Source: a virus. From it: DNA of 64,000 nt. Shown in pieces: positions 37,652 to 47,819 of this stretch; position 1 is the stretch's first letter; each line of letters starts with the position of its first letter. A model generated the notes under the pieces. It did not search any database, was not told the DNA's origin, and saw only the letters and a list, made by a program, of their open reading frames with translations. The stretch spans positions 14,650 to 78,649 of IMG/VR virus record IMGVR_UViG_3300032053_005312; one strand, written 5' to 3'. Both the position numbers and the translations under genes were made by a program.

Positions 37652-38800
37652 TTAAGTCCGACTGAGACGAATTTTACTGCTCGACATATCAACCGGAGGC
37701 AAAATATCCGGTGGAATGATTTGGCCCATCTTCAAGAAGCGAGGGTCGATGCCGTCGAGTCCTTCTTCATGCGAAGCCCTTCCATCCATTATACGGTGGA
37801 AGACGATAAATTTGGCATCCTGGCGAATCAGGGTTGCCACTACTTCGTCAATCTTGCCGTATTTCGGGTCGCTGATCCGCTTAAATGTATCCCAGCCTAC
37901 CACGAAGGTTGCGCCGTAGAAATATTCGGCCTTCTGCATGAAGGTCGCCAGCGACGTAAAGTGAATGTCTCCACACCACGGATTGACTTTTTGCGATTCC
38001 AGATGAGCGATCCGCTCTCTGAGATTGGTGTAATTGAAGGCAGGCTTATCGACATTGTGGACACACACTTCGAGATCGACTGGTTTTCCAGTAATCTCGA
38101 ACACCTTGGCTGCAATGCCAGCATGTCCGGGGTGAAGTGGATGGAATGATCCAGCGAAAATAACTCGGTTCTCTGGACGGTCCATTCCAGCGGCGATACC
38201 AAGCGTGAGGGACTTCAACTGTCCGGTCAACAGCTTGAACATTTCCGGCGTGCCGGGGGTCATGACTTCTGTGACGTAATTATTCTCAAAAATGTCGATG
38301 GCTTCATCACGAAAGCCAGATGCAAACGCCAGCACACCGATTATAACACGGGCAACCAGAGTTTCTTCTTCGACTCGGTTGTGTCCACGACCAGTCAGGT
38401 CGATTTCGTAGGTTCGTGTGAATTCGCTGGTTTGAACAGCGATATAGGCGTGGTGTTCTCGTCCTTCACGCTCATGATCTTTGGCAAGCGAACAGGATGC
38501 GCCGATTCCGACAAGACTTTCGGCATTGTCCAGTCCAGAGTATTTGATGGCTTTCTGATATGCTGCCATTGCCAGATCACGAGCAGCGCCAGTGGAACAA
38601 TATTTGTCGGGAGTTCCCTTCACAAAGTTGTCGAACGACTTCTGATCGTATGGTACAATGGCTTCCAACACGGTGTTGGAACCTTGGCCATATCGGAGAA
38701 GTTCTCCGATGACTTCGGCCCCGCCCCCGGTGAGAGCAAGCACTGCTTTTTGCGGAGTTTGATGGATTCTCAAGACCAGATCACGTTCTGACAGCGACAT
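37652..38800 (-). CDS. CinA-like plus nucleotidyltransferase (NMN adenylyltransferase-like) fusion
   Basis: TGGG..GSNTVLEAIVPY N-domain; FAGSFHPLHPGH, NVDKP, FVVGWDT, DMSSSKIR. Confidence 0.8.
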   Translation of the reverse strand: MSLSERDLVLRIHQTPQKAVLALTGGGAEVIGELLRYGQGSNTVLEAIVPYDQKSFDNFVKGTPDKYCSTGAARDLAMAAYQKAIKYSGLDNAESLVGIGASCSLAKDHEREGREHHAYIAVQTSEFTRTYEIDLTGRGHNRVEEETLVARVIIGVLAFASGFRDEAIDIFENNYVTEVMTPGTPEMFKLLTGQLKSLTLGIAAGMDRPENRVIFAGSFHPLHPGHAGIAAKVFEITGKPVDLEVCVHNVDKPAFNYTNLRERIAHLESQKVNPWCGDIHFTSLATFMQKAEYFYGATFVVGWDTFKRISDPKYGKIDEVVATLIRQDAKFIVFHRIMDGRASHEEGLDGIDPRFLKMGQIIPPDILPPVDMSSSKIRLSRT

Positions 38801-38965
38801 TTTATGCTCCCGTAAAAAATTGGTTCATCAGATTGTACCACGGCATTTGTGGGGTGTAAAATGTGTGGTGTAAAACTTCAAACTGGTCTTGTGGCCTTTC
38901 GCAGCTTTCGGTAGAATCGGGCGAGTTTCATCCATCACGGCATCGTGACCAAAAGGAGTTAGCCG

Positions 38966-39166
38966 ATGTTAGTTCTGAGCAGAAAAAAAGACGAGTCGAT
39001 TGTTATCGGGGAAAACATCCGAATCGTCGTCGTTGAAGTTCGTGGCGACAAAGTACGTTTGGGGATTGAAGCCCCAAGCGATATTCCTGTTCACCGACAG
39101 GAAGTCTATGACGCCATCCAAAACGAAAAGGGAAAAGGGGATATTGAGCTAGATGGCAAATCCTAG
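38966..39166 (+). CDS. csrA: Carbon storage regulator CsrA
   Basis: MLVLSRKKDESIVIG..DKVRLGIEAP..VHRQEVY. Confidence 0.95.
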   Translation: MLVLSRKKDESIVIGENIRIVVVEVRGDKVRLGIEAPSDIPVHRQEVYDAIQNEKGKGDIELDGKS

Positions 39167-39398
39167 AATATGCCCTCATTGCCATGAAAATATTCCCACA
39201 GATCGAGATTTTACCTTTGATGAAAAGTTAAATCTCATCTGTGGGAAGTGTTGCAAAGTAGCCTTTCCGACAACTTCGGAAGCGGAACTTGCGTTTTCCC
39301 AGCCCGGCCTGAAACAGCCGTTAGCGTCTCAACCACACCAGACTTATATGCCGAGGCATAGGACTGGACCTCATCACGACGATATTCCAGAAGGATAA
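39153..39398 (+). CDS. Small Zn-finger protein
   Basis: CPHC..CGKC. Confidence 0.6.
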   Translation: MANPRICPHCHENIPTDRDFTFDEKLNLICGKCCKVAFPTTSEAELAFSQPGLKQPLASQPHQTYMPRHRTGPHHDDIPEG

Positions 39399-39400
39399 TC

Positions 39401-40069
39401 ATGGAGAAGACCTCGCTTATTGCCGAATTGGAGCGTATTTTCGGCGTTCTAAACCAAGCCTTATTTGGTGGTGAACTGGAGTCGGTAAGTTTCACTCTTC
39501 AACCCAAGAAGAAGGTTTCGTTGCGATGGATGCCTGATGTTGAGGGCATGATTATCGGAGTGGATTTTTCCAAACTGGAATATGGAGAAATCCCTGGTGC
39601 CATGCTGCACGAGATGATTCACGTCTCAAATCAACAGAAGGGTTTGCCAGACGTTACAACGAATCAATATCACAATAAGAACTTCCTTGAAGCTGCTCTG
39701 GAAGTTGGACTTGTGGTAATCAAGCACAAGACCCAAGGTTGGGCGATCACTTCGACCGTATATCCGAGAAACGTAGTTGAGCGAGTATACATCAAGCGGC
39801 CCAATAAAGATGCCATTCGGCGGCGAGACGATGCCTTTGATTCCGTTGATATGGACAAGGCTATATTCAAAGCCGGACGTGCCGATATGCGGGATCGAGT
39901 CAGAAGTGAGAAGCCGACCAAGACGTATTTCCTCAAATATCAATGCAACTGCCTGCCACCGCACAACAGCATTCGATCAGGAAGAAGGCCAGATGGACCC
40001 AATGCTTTGAATATCCAGTGTCTAAACTGTCGCTCTCTGTTTGAGTGCGTCACTGAACTAGACGAATAA
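39401..40069 (+). CDS. SprT-like metalloprotease domain protein
   Basis: LNQALFGGEL, LHEMIH, YHNKNF, C-terminal Cys cluster. Confidence 0.75.
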   Translation: MEKTSLIAELERIFGVLNQALFGGELESVSFTLQPKKKVSLRWMPDVEGMIIGVDFSKLEYGEIPGAMLHEMIHVSNQQKGLPDVTTNQYHNKNFLEAALEVGLVVIKHKTQGWAITSTVYPRNVVERVYIKRPNKDAIRRRDDAFDSVDMDKAIFKAGRADMRDRVRSEKPTKTYFLKYQCNCLPPHNSIRSGRRPDGPNALNIQCLNCRSLFECVTELDE

Positions 40070-40078
40070 AGGATTTGT

Positions 40079-40336
40079 ATGGACAAAGAGACGCTGGCTG
40101 ACCAGATTCAGAGCGTATTGAAGGAATGTCCGCATGTTCGGGGATATAAACTTTCCGTGATGGAGCTTTCTAACTCGGTCGTAATCGGAGGAGCCGTCAG
40201 TTGTTTCTACCACAAGCAGATGGCACAAGAAGCCATTCGTATATTTCTCAAACCTCTTGTGGAGAAAGGACTTATGTTGACGCTGATAAACGAGATCACC
40301 GTGAATTTGCCTCGTCCACGGGTCAACGACGAATAA
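40079..40336 (+). CDS. BON-domain-like protein
   Basis: VVIGGAVSCFYHKQMAQEA..INEITV. Confidence 0.65.
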   Translation: MDKETLADQIQSVLKECPHVRGYKLSVMELSNSVVIGGAVSCFYHKQMAQEAIRIFLKPLVEKGLMLTLINEITVNLPRPRVNDE

Positions 40337-40354
40337 TCTTTTGCCTCCGATTTT

Positions 40355-40403
40355 ACAACAATCGGATTGCGTGGTAGAATCTTCCACGCAATCCGATTGT
40401 TGT
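40355..40403. repeat. 20-bp perfect inverted repeat spanning a promoter
   Basis: acaacaatcggattgcgtgg-tagaatctt-ccacgcaatccgattgttgt; TTTACA(40352)-N17-TAGAAT. Confidence 0.85.
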
Positions 40404-40424
40404 TTCGAGAAGGGGAAGAAGCTC

Positions 40425-41087
40425 ATGGCCGTCAAGATCATATATCCTCCCCGGCCAAAGAGCAAGATGCTTCCCAAGGACTTGGGATACTACGAAAGCA
40501 CTGGAAAATGGCTCGCTCAACGAAAGTTTCGTGGAAGTCGGGCCGTCATCAATATCTCACCGGCATGTGAGATCACACTCGGCAATCGCCACGGCACTTC
40601 TTTTGCCCGTTTTTCTCTTGACCGCAAACACAAGGAAGAAATTCTGTCCGGCCTTCACCTTCAGAAAGGTGTCGAATATTGGCTGGATGGCGAACTGATG
40701 AATAAGGACGAAAATGCTACGAACGAGATCATCTTGTTCGATGTTCTTCAGGTCGGCAAATATTTATTCGGTTCCCCCAATCAAGTTGAGCGGCTGAAAA
40801 TGCTCGACGATATTTGTGGGAGTCCGAAGGAATATTGTCCGAGTGGCATTGCTCTAAAGGTCACGCCTCGCATTTGGATGGCCGAGACGTTCGCTTCGGA
40901 TTTCACAAAACGCTTTGAAGAGGCGTTGCCCATTGTTCAACTTGAAGGTTTGGTTCTTCGCAAGAAGACTTCAGCTTTGGATCATTTCGGTCATGCCGAA
41001 TATGAAACAAACAATATCATCCGGTGTCGGAAGCCATTTGCATCTGAGACGCCGAAGTCGCAGCGTTCGGGTGGATATGAATTCTAG
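40425..41087 (+). CDS. ATP-dependent ligase/capping-type nucleotidyltransferase domain
   Basis: QRKFRGSR (motif I), NRHG, LDGEL, LFDVL, EGLVLRK. Confidence 0.75.
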   Translation: MAVKIIYPPRPKSKMLPKDLGYYESTGKWLAQRKFRGSRAVINISPACEITLGNRHGTSFARFSLDRKHKEEILSGLHLQKGVEYWLDGELMNKDENATNEIILFDVLQVGKYLFGSPNQVERLKMLDDICGSPKEYCPSGIALKVTPRIWMAETFASDFTKRFEEALPIVQLEGLVLRKKTSALDHFGHAEYETNNIIRCRKPFASETPKSQRSGGYEF

Positions 41088-41226
41088 TCTTGACACCCAT
41101 GCCGATAAATCATACTCTGCCTCTGCCATTTTAAGGAGCGACGATTAAAGAAACATTGGCACGCACTAGAACCTACGATGGATCGTTTTTTTGACAGACC
41201 GACCGAACCCGAAGCAGGAGTGACTG

Positions 41227-42561
41227 ATGAATAAAAGTGAATCTTTCCCGATGGATCGCATCCCGGAAGGCAGCAAGCATCTTTATGGTGCGTTGTTCGC
41301 CGTTCCGTTCGCTGCGGTGCGTACCCCGGACATTGACGAAGAAGAAACGTCAAAGTCGGAATACAAGTTCAGGAACCCCAGGCTCTTGACTGAGAAAGGG
41401 CAGAGTGAGTTGCTGGACAAGCGACTCTCGGCTGAACTTCGTGAGAGCATTAAGAACCGCACGTTGCTCAACCCGCTAGTGTGCAGATGGGTTCAAGAAG
41501 GGGATAACTACTATCCCCAACTGGTTGGTGGTGATCGCCGATACCGTGCATTGGACTTCCTCATTCGCAAGAAAGAGATCGTCACCGATCCCAGCAGTCT
41601 GCAACTGAACGACAAGGGCGAATGGGTTTATACCCAATGCTCGGCTGACAAAGCCTATGCAATGATTCCTTGTCAAGTCTTCGCCGTCAACGACGACTTG
41701 CAAGCCTTGGCGCTGGCCTGGGCTGAGAACAAGGGCCGCATCAACCTGACTGAAGGCCACGAGATTGCCGAAGTCATGAAGTTGCGTAAGGTCGGGGCTT
41801 CAGACGAGAAGATTCTTGAAATCTTGCAGCAAGACGAGAAGTGGTTGGCCGAGTCCGATTCGTTGATCGCCAATCTCGATACTGATACACTCGCAGACTT
41901 GCTGGAAAACCGGATCGACCGGGAATCGGCTTGTGAGCTTTCCAGCATCGAAGACGAGCATGTTCGCACCAAGGTTCGTCTTGCGGCGAACGAAGCGTCC
42001 AAGGAAGCCTGTAATCGCAAGATTAAGCGCATCCAGAAGCAGATCGAGTCGGCGCTTGAACGCAAGGAAATCGCCGAAGGCTCTGTCGCCGATGCTGAAT
42101 TCCAGCACGATGACGAAGCGGCAGAAGAAGCCAAGGGCGAATTGGTTAACGCCGAGAAGAAGGTCACTCGTTCTGTGAAGGAACGGGATGAAACCACTCC
42201 GGTCACGTCCTTGAGGGACGTGAAGAAGGCCGAAACCGATGCCGGGGCCAAGCCGCCAAAGGAACATCGAAACGACGAGGATCGACCTCTCCGCATTCTG
42301 TCCTCGAAGAAGATTCAGGATGCAGTCGATTATCTTGATGCTGTTATTGCCAATGGCGGAAAGTGTCTCGAAGGCACGTTCATCGGTGGGCCGGGTCTGG
42401 TGACGGCGTTGGGATTGGCGAGGAAATTCCTCAATAATAACGTCTTGGCGAATGAGCCGGACTTCGGTTCGACCATCAAGCGGTACTTGGATGCTGCTCG
42501 TAAGATGAAGGCCGACCAGTCCCAGCCTGTCGAACGGGTTGAGACTGAAGAAGGCCAATAA
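41227..42561 (+). CDS. ParB N-terminal domain protein with coiled coil
   Basis: ELRESIK..LLNPLV..LVGGDRRYRAL..AWAEN..R.NL. Confidence 0.78.
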   Translation: MNKSESFPMDRIPEGSKHLYGALFAVPFAAVRTPDIDEEETSKSEYKFRNPRLLTEKGQSELLDKRLSAELRESIKNRTLLNPLVCRWVQEGDNYYPQLVGGDRRYRALDFLIRKKEIVTDPSSLQLNDKGEWVYTQCSADKAYAMIPCQVFAVNDDLQALALAWAENKGRINLTEGHEIAEVMKLRKVGASDEKILEILQQDEKWLAESDSLIANLDTDTLADLLENRIDRESACELSSIEDEHVRTKVRLAANEASKEACNRKIKRIQKQIESALERKEIAEGSVADAEFQHDDEAAEEAKGELVNAEKKVTRSVKERDETTPVTSLRDVKKAETDAGAKPPKEHRNDEDRPLRILSSKKIQDAVDYLDAVIANGGKCLEGTFIGGPGLVTALGLARKFLNNNVLANEPDFGSTIKRYLDAARKMKADQSQPVERVETEEGQ

Positions 42562-42611
42562 TCTTCCCTGGCAACGGGGAAGTGGTGGAGGGCGGCATCA
42601 GTCGCTCCTAA

Positions 42612-42645
42612 GCCCCGCCAAGAGAAATCTTGGCGGGGTTTTTTA
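42612..42645 (+). terminator. Rho-independent terminator
   Basis: ccccgccaaga-gaaa-tcttggcgggg followed by T-run. Confidence 0.88.
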
Positions 42646-42661
42646 TTTGGCGGGCATAAAT

Positions 42662-42976
42662 ATGATAATGATACAAGCCTGCCCAAACTGCGGTCATGCC
42701 CTTCAGCGTGAATTGAAGGATGGCCTTACACATTGTTCCCATTGCAATCAAGTTTTTGATTCAAGCGATTTTAATCGTCTTTTATCAGCCGCTTGGCAAA
42801 TACGCAGGGAGCATTTGTCGTTGGAACAACTTAAATGGCAATGTAAATTGGGAGACGATTATTCCATATTGATATACACATTTGTCAGTGACTATGGCTA
42901 TGCCCACGATGAGTTAATCAAATTATTGCGAAAACTCGGCGTGGCAAATAAAGCGTATATCGACTTTTCGGCCTAG
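42662..42976 (+). CDS. Zn-ribbon protein
   Basis: CPNCG..CSHC. Confidence 0.65.
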   Translation: MIMIQACPNCGHALQRELKDGLTHCSHCNQVFDSSDFNRLLSAAWQIRREHLSLEQLKWQCKLGDDYSILIYTFVSDYGYAHDELIKLLRKLGVANKAYIDFSA

Positions 42977-43022
42977 ATCGAGCATTGCGGCTTTGGTATC
43001 CTCTTATTTATGGAGGATAAAT

Positions 43023-44114
43023 ATGAAGCCTTTTTCAGATTTGCGCAAACAACAATTTGGTTTGCATGTCGTTCTTGAATATGTTGATCGAACACCTAGC
43101 GGACATGCTCGTTGGTTGACTGAATGTTTGAATTGCAAGTGTCGTTCTATTCGTCACGGAGTAAATATCAAAAGATGCTCTAAAGTTTCAGGAGGTTGTC
43201 GCAATTGTTCTGGTAAGCCAAAGGGGTACATGGGTCTACATCAATTATTTACTCAATATAAATTACGTGCAAATAAAATAGGTCGTATTTTTAATTTGTC
43301 TATTGAACAATTTCAAACAGTTACATCAAGCAATTGTCATTATTGTGGTCGTGAGCCATATCAAATTAAAAACAGTGGTAACAAGAATCAAATTTCAACG
43401 TGGGGCATTTATCAATATAATGGAATTGATCGCAAGGACAATTCTAAGGGTTACATTATAGAAAACTGTCTTCCTTGTTGTGGAATTTGCAATCAGATGA
43501 AAGGCAGTATGTTGTATAAAGATTTTGTTGATTGGCTCGATGTTGCGTCCACTTTTCGCAAAAATAGAAATGGTGATAAGGTGATGGCGGACATCGGCGT
43601 CGGATACAGGGTCAAAATTCAAATTTTATGCGGAATGATCGCAGCAGGAAAGTCATCTTATTGTAAATTAGCCGCCAAAAAAGGAATGTTGATTTTGAAC
43701 GATGACGCAATCGTCAATATGCTCCATGCTGATGACTATACGCTTTATAGTACCGATCTCAAGGTGTTGTATAAGTCTGTTGAAAATCACGTTATTGGAA
43801 CCAGCCTTGCTATGGGCCGTTCAGTAATTGTTGATCGTGGACTCAATATGAGTCTTGCCGGTCGGCGTCGTTGGTTGGCCTTGGCTCAAAGTTTTGATGT
43901 GCCATGTGAAGCCATTCATTTCAAAAACGACGGACCAGAAGAACACGCTCGTCGTCGTACTCAATCTGATGGTCGAGGCCACACCTGGGAATATTGGCTT
44001 AGGGTTGCAGAGCTTCATAATTCCTTGTATATTCCACCTACTAAAGAAGAGGGCTTTGATGCCATCTACGATATTGGGTTTGATGAAATACAGCAAGGTA
44101 AAGTCATTCTTTAA
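43023..44114 (+). CDS. HNH-type endonuclease fused in frame to a P-loop (AAA_33/PNK-like) kinase
   Basis: CHYCG..NGIDRKDNSKGYIIENCLPCCGICNQMK, then LCGMIAAGKSS, VIVD, EEGFD. Confidence 0.8.
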   Translation: MKPFSDLRKQQFGLHVVLEYVDRTPSGHARWLTECLNCKCRSIRHGVNIKRCSKVSGGCRNCSGKPKGYMGLHQLFTQYKLRANKIGRIFNLSIEQFQTVTSSNCHYCGREPYQIKNSGNKNQISTWGIYQYNGIDRKDNSKGYIIENCLPCCGICNQMKGSMLYKDFVDWLDVASTFRKNRNGDKVMADIGVGYRVKIQILCGMIAAGKSSYCKLAAKKGMLILNDDAIVNMLHADDYTLYSTDLKVLYKSVENHVIGTSLAMGRSVIVDRGLNMSLAGRRRWLALAQSFDVPCEAIHFKNDGPEEHARRRTQSDGRGHTWEYWLRVAELHNSLYIPPTKEEGFDAIYDIGFDEIQQGKVIL

Positions 44115-44126
44115 GGGGACTTGTAA

Positions 44127-44999
44127 ATGGAGTGTAGGCTCATTGATGGCAATGCCATTGCCGCCGATATTCGTAAAGAATTACGACAACGTGTGGCAGA
44201 ATATAAAGCAACTACAGGTATCACCCCGACTTTAGTTGCTTTGATGGTGGGCAACAATCCAGCCAGTCAAATTTATGTCCAAAAGAAAATTGCTGCCTGT
44301 GATGAAGTTGGCATATTGGCATATCGAGTTGAATCAAATGAAGATGAGGACGATCTCCGAACTCATATTCGGAGATTGAACAATGATGATTCGGTGCATG
44401 GATACATTCTTCAACTGCCATTGCCTCCAGGATGGAAACCCGATAGATATTTTTCTGACTTCAATCCGTATAAAGATGTGGATGTATTCCACCCGGAGAA
44501 TGTAGGCTTGCTGGTTCAAGGGCGACCCAGGTTTAGACCTTGTACGCCACACGGTATTCAGGTGATGCTCCATAGGAGCGGCATTAAAGTTGCGGGAAAG
44601 AAAGTGGTTGTCATCAATCGCAGCAATGTGGTTGGCAAACCTCTATCCTCAATGCTTATTCAAGAGTGCGATGATTACGCCAATGCCACGGTCACAGTAT
44701 GCCACGACCGCACGCCTCCTGATCTTCTCAAAAGCGTTACTCAAACAGCCGATATTGTAATTGTCGCCGTGGGCAAACCGGGATTCCTGACTCCAGATAT
44801 GATTCGACCGGGAGCGGTAGTGATTGATGTGGGCATTACACGAATTGGAAACAAGGTAGTTGGAGATGTTGATTTTGAAAATGTCAGTAAAGTTGCTGGT
44901 GCTATATCTCCGGTCCCAGGTGGTTGTGGACCAATGACAGTTGCTATGTTATTGGAAAATACTTTACAAGCTGCTAAATATCAAACAAAAAGCCATTGA
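44127..44999 (+). CDS. folD: Methylenetetrahydrofolate dehydrogenase/cyclohydrolase
   Basis: IDG, LQLPLP, KDVD, PCTP, RSNVVGKP, VIDVGI, PVPGGCGPMTVAML. Confidence 0.95.
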   Translation: MECRLIDGNAIAADIRKELRQRVAEYKATTGITPTLVALMVGNNPASQIYVQKKIAACDEVGILAYRVESNEDEDDLRTHIRRLNNDDSVHGYILQLPLPPGWKPDRYFSDFNPYKDVDVFHPENVGLLVQGRPRFRPCTPHGIQVMLHRSGIKVAGKKVVVINRSNVVGKPLSSMLIQECDDYANATVTVCHDRTPPDLLKSVTQTADIVIVAVGKPGFLTPDMIRPGAVVIDVGITRIGNKVVGDVDFENVSKVAGAISPVPGGCGPMTVAMLLENTLQAAKYQTKSH

Positions 45000-45015
45000 T
45001 CCGAATAGATACTGT

Positions 45016-45648
45016 ATGGGAACATACAAAAAAGATATTCGTCAAGAACGTAGAGATTTAGGTCTGTGCATTTACTGTGGAAATGATGCAAAAGGATTTC
45101 GTCGTTGTGAGTCTTGCAGAGAAAAATCAAACAAGGCAACCGCTCGTTGGCGAGATAAAAACAAAGAAGCTGGTTTGTGTATAAAGTGCGGCAAACCTAC
45201 CTCAGAAGGTCATACTCGTTGTGAAGATTGCCTAGTTTCGCACAATGCTGTTTATTCACAGAGGAAACAGCGTGGAGTTTGTCTTTATTGTGGAAAGTCG
45301 TCTGATTATGGACATTGTGAAATTTGCTATCTGAAAAAACGAGCGACAAGACATTTAGGAGATGCTTCTATGTGGATTTTGCTAAAAAAGATATTTGACG
45401 ATCAACAAGGGATTTGTCCATATACGGGAATCGAATTACAGATTCGAGCGAACACCGAATTAGATCATCGCATCCCCAGAAGCAAAGGTGGCACGGACGA
45501 GTTGTCGAATCTACAGTGGGTTTACGCTCCGGTGAACACAATGAAGTGGAATATGACTGAAGGCGAATTTTTGGCGACTGTTGGAAAGGTTGCCGCCCAC
45601 ATGCTTTTGGAAAATACTTTGGCCGCAGCCCAGCTTCAAGGGCAGTAG
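45016..45648 (+). mobile_element. HNH homing endonuclease with Zn-finger repeats; ends in a copy of the FolD C-terminus
   Basis: Repeated CxxC, CPYTG, LDHRIPRSKGG..NLQWV..VN.MK; tail MLLENTLAAA. Confidence 0.82.
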
Positions 45649-45707
45649 GCTTTACAACCACAACTATTCGGTGGTATAATTCTCTCACAGAAAAGGAGAC
45701 TTTAACC

Positions 45708-46715
45708 GTGAACGATTTGCGTATTTTTGGCCTGGGATCGAGCGTTGAATACACAGATCAAGTATGCAAGGCGTTATCGCTCAAGCGATCTGACCACAAA
45801 GAGACGTGGCAAGACGATGACGAGCCTTACGTCCTTTCCCAAGAGAATGTTCGGGGCTGTGACGTATTCATCGTGCAGAGTTTGTACTCCTGTCACAAAG
45901 AGCGGCTGGCAGATAAGTTCCTGAAGCTCCTGTTGTTCGCTCGTTCTCTTCGTGACGCATCGGCCCGGCGTATTACGCTTGTGTTGCCGTATTTCGCATT
46001 TCAACGTCAGGATCGAAAAACCGAGTCCAGAGCGCCGGTATACACCAAATACATCCCTGAAATTGTCGAGGGCTTGCTTCGTCCCGACGACCGCATTTTG
46101 ACTATTGATGCTCACAACCTGAGCGCATATCAGTCGGGCTTCCGGTTGATGCTCGATCACCTTGAGGCGAAACCAGTTGTCTGTGACTGGTTCAGCAATG
46201 CCGCTGCCCGACTTTGGCCCGAAGTCGATTTCGACAATCTCTGTTTTGCATCACCCGATGAAGGTGGCGTCAAGCGTGTTGGTTTCTATCGAAAACGTGT
46301 TCAGTCTCAGATGAAAATCGAGATCAGCACGGCGTCAGTCTACAAAACCCACGAGGGTAAGCAGATTGAGGCACATGGCGTGATGGGTAACGTCCAAGGC
46401 AAAGACGTGTTCCTGATTGACGACATGATCTCGTCTGGAACCACGTTGGTAAAAGCAACCGATGCCATTGAGAAGGAAGGCGGCAAAGTTCGGGGTGCTA
46501 TCGCAACGCACGGTTTATTCGTCGGTAACGCCAATGAGCGTATAGGGTTACTGCAAGAGCGTGGCATCAGGGTTATCGTCACCGATACTGTCCACACCAA
46601 TAAGTTGGACCCAAAGTTGCAGAAGTCGTTGGTGGTTATTCCGACCGCTCCGCTAATCGGTGAAGCGATTCGGTGTATTCACAACGAAGAGTCTGTCAGC
46701 AAATTACTTTCCTAA
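45708..46715 (+). CDS. prs: Ribose-phosphate pyrophosphokinase family protein
   Basis: ENVRGCDVF, PYFAFQRQDRK, SPDEGGVKR, IDDMISSGTTL, ATHGLF, VTDT. Confidence 0.9.
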   Translation: MNDLRIFGLGSSVEYTDQVCKALSLKRSDHKETWQDDDEPYVLSQENVRGCDVFIVQSLYSCHKERLADKFLKLLLFARSLRDASARRITLVLPYFAFQRQDRKTESRAPVYTKYIPEIVEGLLRPDDRILTIDAHNLSAYQSGFRLMLDHLEAKPVVCDWFSNAAARLWPEVDFDNLCFASPDEGGVKRVGFYRKRVQSQMKIEISTASVYKTHEGKQIEAHGVMGNVQGKDVFLIDDMISSGTTLVKATDAIEKEGGKVRGAIATHGLFVGNANERIGLLQERGIRVIVTDTVHTNKLDPKLQKSLVVIPTAPLIGEAIRCIHNEESVSKLLS

Positions 46716-46764
46716 AAATCTGGTTGTCAAGACCAATACCCCCAAGTATAATCGGAGGCGCACA

Positions 46765-47358
46765 GTGGCTCTCAAGATTTGTCCTGCCTGTCAGAAGCAG
46801 GTTGGACCCAGGACAAAAAAATGTGATTGTGGACACCAGTTCGCAACAACCACGGCGGCGGTTCCAGCTAGTGGACAGTCTATGTCACTTGACCCTTTGG
46901 ACAAGCGCATCGCTGAGTCTGTTGGCAATGTCCGTGACATTATTTCCAGAGTCGAAAATCGCCCTGCCTCAGCAGTTCCAACCACAGTTCTCAACAATGA
47001 GGATGTAGATCAATCGCCTCGGCGCACAACGGTAGTACAGCAGCCAGTTCGACCACAACGATTTTATGGTGGTGGCGGCGGCAAGATTGTTGCACCAGCG
47101 GGTGAGTGTCCATTTAAGCCCCAAGGATATAAAGACAAATGGCCTGATGGCCCAGCCTCAGATGAGGTTGTCCAGAATTGGGCTATAGACGTGTACAACT
47201 ACGGCGAGGGTAGATACGCAATTGATGCGGTCATCTACTTCGCTCGTCACTTTTGGGACATTAACGGGCAAGAATATCGCAGGATTCGTGAACTGATTGT
47301 GAAGACGTTACAACCTTCACGTCCATCCGATCACGAATCCGGTGATGAAGTTGCTTAG
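46765..47358 (+). CDS. Hypothetical protein with N-terminal Zn ribbon
   Basis: KICPAC..GPRTKKCDCGHQF; PAGECP. Confidence 0.7.
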   Translation: MALKICPACQKQVGPRTKKCDCGHQFATTTAAVPASGQSMSLDPLDKRIAESVGNVRDIISRVENRPASAVPTTVLNNEDVDQSPRRTTVVQQPVRPQRFYGGGGGKIVAPAGECPFKPQGYKDKWPDGPASDEVVQNWAIDVYNYGEGRYAIDAVIYFARHFWDINGQEYRRIRELIVKTLQPSRPSDHESGDEVA

Positions 47359-47579
47359 GCACTCTCAGCGGACAACTGTTCAACCGGAGAGCGAAGTGTT
47401 TCTACTTCAATGCCTTCGGTTGTCAGTTCAGACCGCAATACAGTGATTTCCTTGTCGGCTTCGATGCCAATGCGGACCTTATTGCGGTTATCAATACGGA
47501 CGACAGTAATCCTAATGTCTTCCATATTTGGACCCTTGAGAATGATAGTTTCGTCTTTCTTACGACTTAGTACGAGCAT
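47355..47579 (-). CDS. csrA: Second, divergent CsrA
   Basis: MLVLSRKKDETII..KVRIGIEA..VLRSEL; SD aaagga. Confidence 0.85.
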   Translation of the reverse strand: MLVLSRKKDETIILKGPNMEDIRITVVRIDNRNKVRIGIEADKEITVLRSELTTEGIEVETLRSPVEQLSAESA

Positions 47580-47819
47580 GGTTATTCCTTTCTTAGCTTG
47601 TTTGCTTGCGTGCTGTACGCTGTATCCGTTATTAAGTGAGTGCGGATACAGATTTTCTGTGAAAGGGTGAGAAATTTTGTCTGCGGCATCTTTACACTCA
47701 GGATATTTGACGTAATATCTGTGTAGAGGGACGAGTTTTCGGTATACGATAGTCAGCGTGATGCACAGTCCCAGCACACGCCACCGACAAGAACCTGGGA
47801 CTGTTTTGGGAGAAATCCG

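Noticed and set aside
45708-46715. Firm call as NARP1 Adps
   Set aside because: No adjacent Namat gene and the sequence looks like a conventional Prs
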